From positions 62,001-126,000 of the forward strand of contig OY253677.1 in the NCBI GenBank assembly GCA_958009085.1: 64,000 nucleotides of DNA, written 5' to 3'. The notes below the pieces were generated by a model. That model had not been told where the DNA came from, did not search any database, and worked only from the letters and a program-made list of their open reading frames with translations. Positions 60,964 through 64,000 of this stretch are shown one piece after another. The position numbers and the translations under genes are program-made. Every line of letters begins with the position of its first letter. Positions within the stretch are counted from its first letter, which is position 1. This DNA comes from Protoeuglena noctilucae (Eukaryota).

Positions 60964-63900
60964 CTAGCGCGCCCCGGAGAGGGTCGCGGGGGCGACGCCA
61001 CGCCCGTGTCCGTCGCTCTGCGTCGCAGTGACGATGACCGTGCCCAGGATCCAGTGGACCGGGATCACGTGGAACCACGAGGAGCGTTTCGCTTGCTTGG
61101 CACCGACGATGCGCTTCGCGGGGCCCCAGACGTGCACCGGCCGCTGCGCAGATTCCACCGCGAGGAGCGTGTACACCTCCGTGGCCGCGTTCTCCTCCAT
61201 CTCGTGCGCGTAACCGATGGCCATGCGGGCCACGGGTGCGCCGTCCTTCGAGGGCGTGCCGACGCGGAGGAACACGAGGACCTGCGGTGGGCGCCCATGC
61301 AAGCGTGTCTCGTGTCTTTGGCCCGCCGTCGCCGGACCGTCGCAGCTGCGGTGCGCTCGGCGCCTCACCTCGAACGCGACGACCGTTGGGTGTTCGGGCC
61401 TGTCGTGCCGCGGGATGGCGCACACAACCCAGTTCCCCACCCCGTTGCGCAGCCCCCCACGATACGGAGAAGGACGTGAAAGCGCGCCTCTCGTTGACGT
61501 GACCCGCCAAGCCGAATTCTGCCACTTCCTGTGCCACTGCCCTGCCACCCCTCTCACTGCGCAACCACTCCATAACGCGGCCCACCTCCGCAGCCATGCT
61601 GTCCTCACCCCGCGCGTGATATGCGGCGTGCTCCAGCGAGCAGCTGTCGTGGAAGGCGTCCAAAGCGCCGGACAGCACCACGTCCACCAGTCGGTGGGCC
61701 ACCCCTCGATCCAGCTTCGCGCCCTGCGGGCCGGGGATGATGGACGGTGACTTCACGGCCCCGAGGCGAGGTGGGGGCATGGCAAGTACATGCTTCGCCT
61801 GCTCGCGCGCTCGCCTCTGACGAGTACTTGTAGACCAGCGGCATCTCGTCGCCCAGGGCCGCGTCCGATGCGGGGCCCCACAACACGCTCTTCACGGGCT
61901 CGTGGGTGCCCTTCAGGAACGCCCCTAGCCGCAGCCCGTCCTTGGCCTCCGCAGGGTTGCAGCGCCTCCGCCCGTGCCAGGGAAAGGGCGGGCTCTCCTC
62001 CGACTCGTCGTCGGTGCTGGACGGCAGGTCGTTCAAGACCCCGGCCAGCTCCAGCGCGTGGACCCTTTCGACCACCGTCACGCTGATCCCGTGCCCCCCT
62101 CCCGACTTCCCTCGACCGAGCGACGCGGGCACCCTCACCGCTTGCTCGGTAGTCAGGTCCGAACGAGCCGACAGCGGGTTCTCGGCGGCTCTGTCCGTCA
62201 CCGGGCTGTGGAGGCGCTCCAGGAGTGGCAGGTTGTGGCAAATGAGGTGCGTCTTGAGCGTCGCGAGGTTGGGGTCCGCGAATTCTGCGGGGGGGGCGGG
62301 GCGGGGCGAGGGAGCCAGGGGGGGGGGGTGGGGCCCGCGGGTGCCGCAGAACACCGCGTGGCTACGTCCGCGCCCAGCGACACCTGCCCTACGCACCCAG
62401 AATACAGTGGAGGAGGCAGAGGCTCGTGCGCATGTTCCGGCGCGTCGTCAGCCCCTCTTCCGACAGGCGCTCGGACGGGGGCGTCGTCACGCCAACCGCC
62501 TTTTCCAAGGGGAGCACGCGCTCGTCCGACTGGAAGCAGGTGACCATCCCCGGCACTTGCTGTAGCTAAATGTTGCCGGCCTTGAAGCCCTTGTCCTCCA
62601 TGAGCTTGGCCTCGACCACGTCTCGCGGCGCGTACTTGGCCAGGACTGGGCCAGTCCACGACACCAGCCGGTCGAGGGCGGTGTTCAGGCCCAAGCGGGT
62701 GAAGTACACCGCTGCGCTCTGCGCGAGGTCCCAGACGACCCTCATCTCTTTGCTCAAGTAGTCCCCATCCGCGCCTTGGAAGACGAGATTGGAGTGCGTC
62801 GTCGTGAACCATTACCAATCTTCGCACGTGTACGACGCACGATCGTCCAGGCATCGATAGGAGCCGCCGGCGACGGGGAAGGACGTGGTGGCTCTCTCGG
62901 CTCTGCGGATCTTCTCAATGTCACACTTGCCGAGGACGGGGTGCTTCGTGGGGGACATAATTTGCCCCACGATGGTGCATATCAAGCCCTGCGGACATCG
63001 TGGTCACCAGGCAGGTCAGTCGCCCGCGGCAGGCTCGCGCACCCGGCTTCCATGTCCCGGGGTGTGGGCGGGCACGGGTGCGCCCCCCCGGCGTCCGCGG
63101 CCGCGGGCTGCTAGGCATGCGCCTTGCAGTAGAAGAGATGATATAGGGCCGGCCACGCGAGTGGCTGCTGGGGGCAGTAGTCCAGGATGAGCGTGGGGAA
63201 GCACGGCCCCTTGGCACCGGCGAGCCACCTGTTGTAGTCAGGGTGCTCAGCGGCCCTCTTGGCGCTCTCCCACACCTTGCGCTGAACGTCAGACCCCTTC
63301 CCTTGATCGAGCGCTGTTCTTTCATCGCAGAAGAGGCCATCATTGGCCAGAGACGCGAGGTGGGCGAGCGAGCGCTCCTCCAGGAACTCGTTGTCGATCT
63401 GGATCTCAAGATCTTGCGTGTGGGAGGGGGGTCCGTGGAGGCACTCTACGTGCCTTGCATCAGCCACGGCGTCTTGCGGGTTGTGGCGCCAGAAGAACAC
63501 CTGAGTGACAGATTTGGCATTCCCCAGGAAGCGCATGCCTGTGAGGGGCTCGCCGTCCAGGTAGGAGATGCCGCGGGGGTCACGCGAGGTGGTGCGGATT
63601 GCGTGCGCGTAGCCCGCCTGCATGGATGAGGCCGTAGGCGGGGAGCATGTCGGTGTTCACGGCCAGACCTGTGCGAGCTGTCGCCGGCGCTGGGGCAGAC
63701 GAGAGCGCTCATCCGCACCCGCACCTGCACCTGCGTGCGAGGCCCATCGCCATGGCGCCCGTCGACCCTCCGTCCCTCCCCCGCGCGCGCCTGCCCTGCG
63801 CCCTCGCCCTCGCCCACGCCGGCCTCGTCCCCGTCGTCCCCGTGCATCACCATGCGAATGATCCTCTAGTCCTCCTCCACGTCGCACAGGGCCTTGCTTG

Positions 63901-64000
63901 ACACGGGCGCCCCAGTGGCCGCGCAGCTGGCGCGAGGGGGCCTGGACCTGTCTGGGCAGCGCGTGGTGCTCCTTACGGGCACGTCCCCGCTCAACTTCCT
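60964..64000 (-). pseudogene. Decayed, intron-containing transposase resembling algal EnSpm/CMC-type transposases
   Basis: Motifs in order: TDMLPA, GMRFLGNAKSVTQ, PALYHLFYCK|GLI, SYRCLDDRASYTCEDW*WF, VWDLAQSAAVYFTR, LATLKTHLICHNL, SPYRGGLR and VARMAI. In-frame stops at 62812-62814 and 62566-62568. The family call is from remembered motif patterns. Confidence 0.6.

Larger units (their letters stand above)
56831..64000. mobile_element. Putative CACTG-type CMC/EnSpm-like DNA transposon, left end; right end beyond the window
   Basis: Coding sequence breaks abruptly into CACTGGTGGGAGATTAA, followed by a palindrome, tandem subterminal repeats, unknown ORFs and a decayed EnSpm-like transposase. Confidence 0.62.

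Noticed and set aside
59934..62814. In-frame TAA/TAG as evidence of a reassigned genetic code
   Set aside because: Intact genes here end in TAG (PHOT, SET gene) and contain no internal TAA/TAG. The internal stops are confined to decayed regions that also show frameshifts.

Overview
A GC-rich, intron-dense, gene-dense eukaryotic nuclear segment. It most likely comes from a unicellular green alga, judging by a single LOV1-LOV2-kinase phototropin, a double-AP2 factor and a plant-type ACBP4. Housekeeping genes rebuilt by hand across introns: NOSIP, R3HCC1L-like (two copies), NTAQ1, UPF3, PHOT, AP-4 sigma, a PI3/4-kinase-fold protein, mitochondrial phosphate carrier, a tandem USP, an AP2 factor, ACBP4 and NSUN2/TRM4. 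Unusual elements: (1) a SET-domain protein with a type II signal anchor and a spliced C-terminal RDEL, suggesting an ER-lumenal SET protein; (2) a lower-GC island of surface-protein genes bracketed by 1245-bp apparently identical direct repeats; (3) a ~4350-aa secreted, probably GPI-anchored repeat protein with a 12.3-kb exon, plus a decayed paralogue; (4) a small protein apparently joining Sec16 C-terminal motifs to a Uso1/p115 C-terminal motif; (5) many GC-AG introns; (6) the left end of a decayed CACTG (CMC/EnSpm-like) transposon with 11-bp phased subterminal repeats, accessory ORFs and a transposase pseudogene running off the window. All family calls rest on motif recognition by eye, with no database search.
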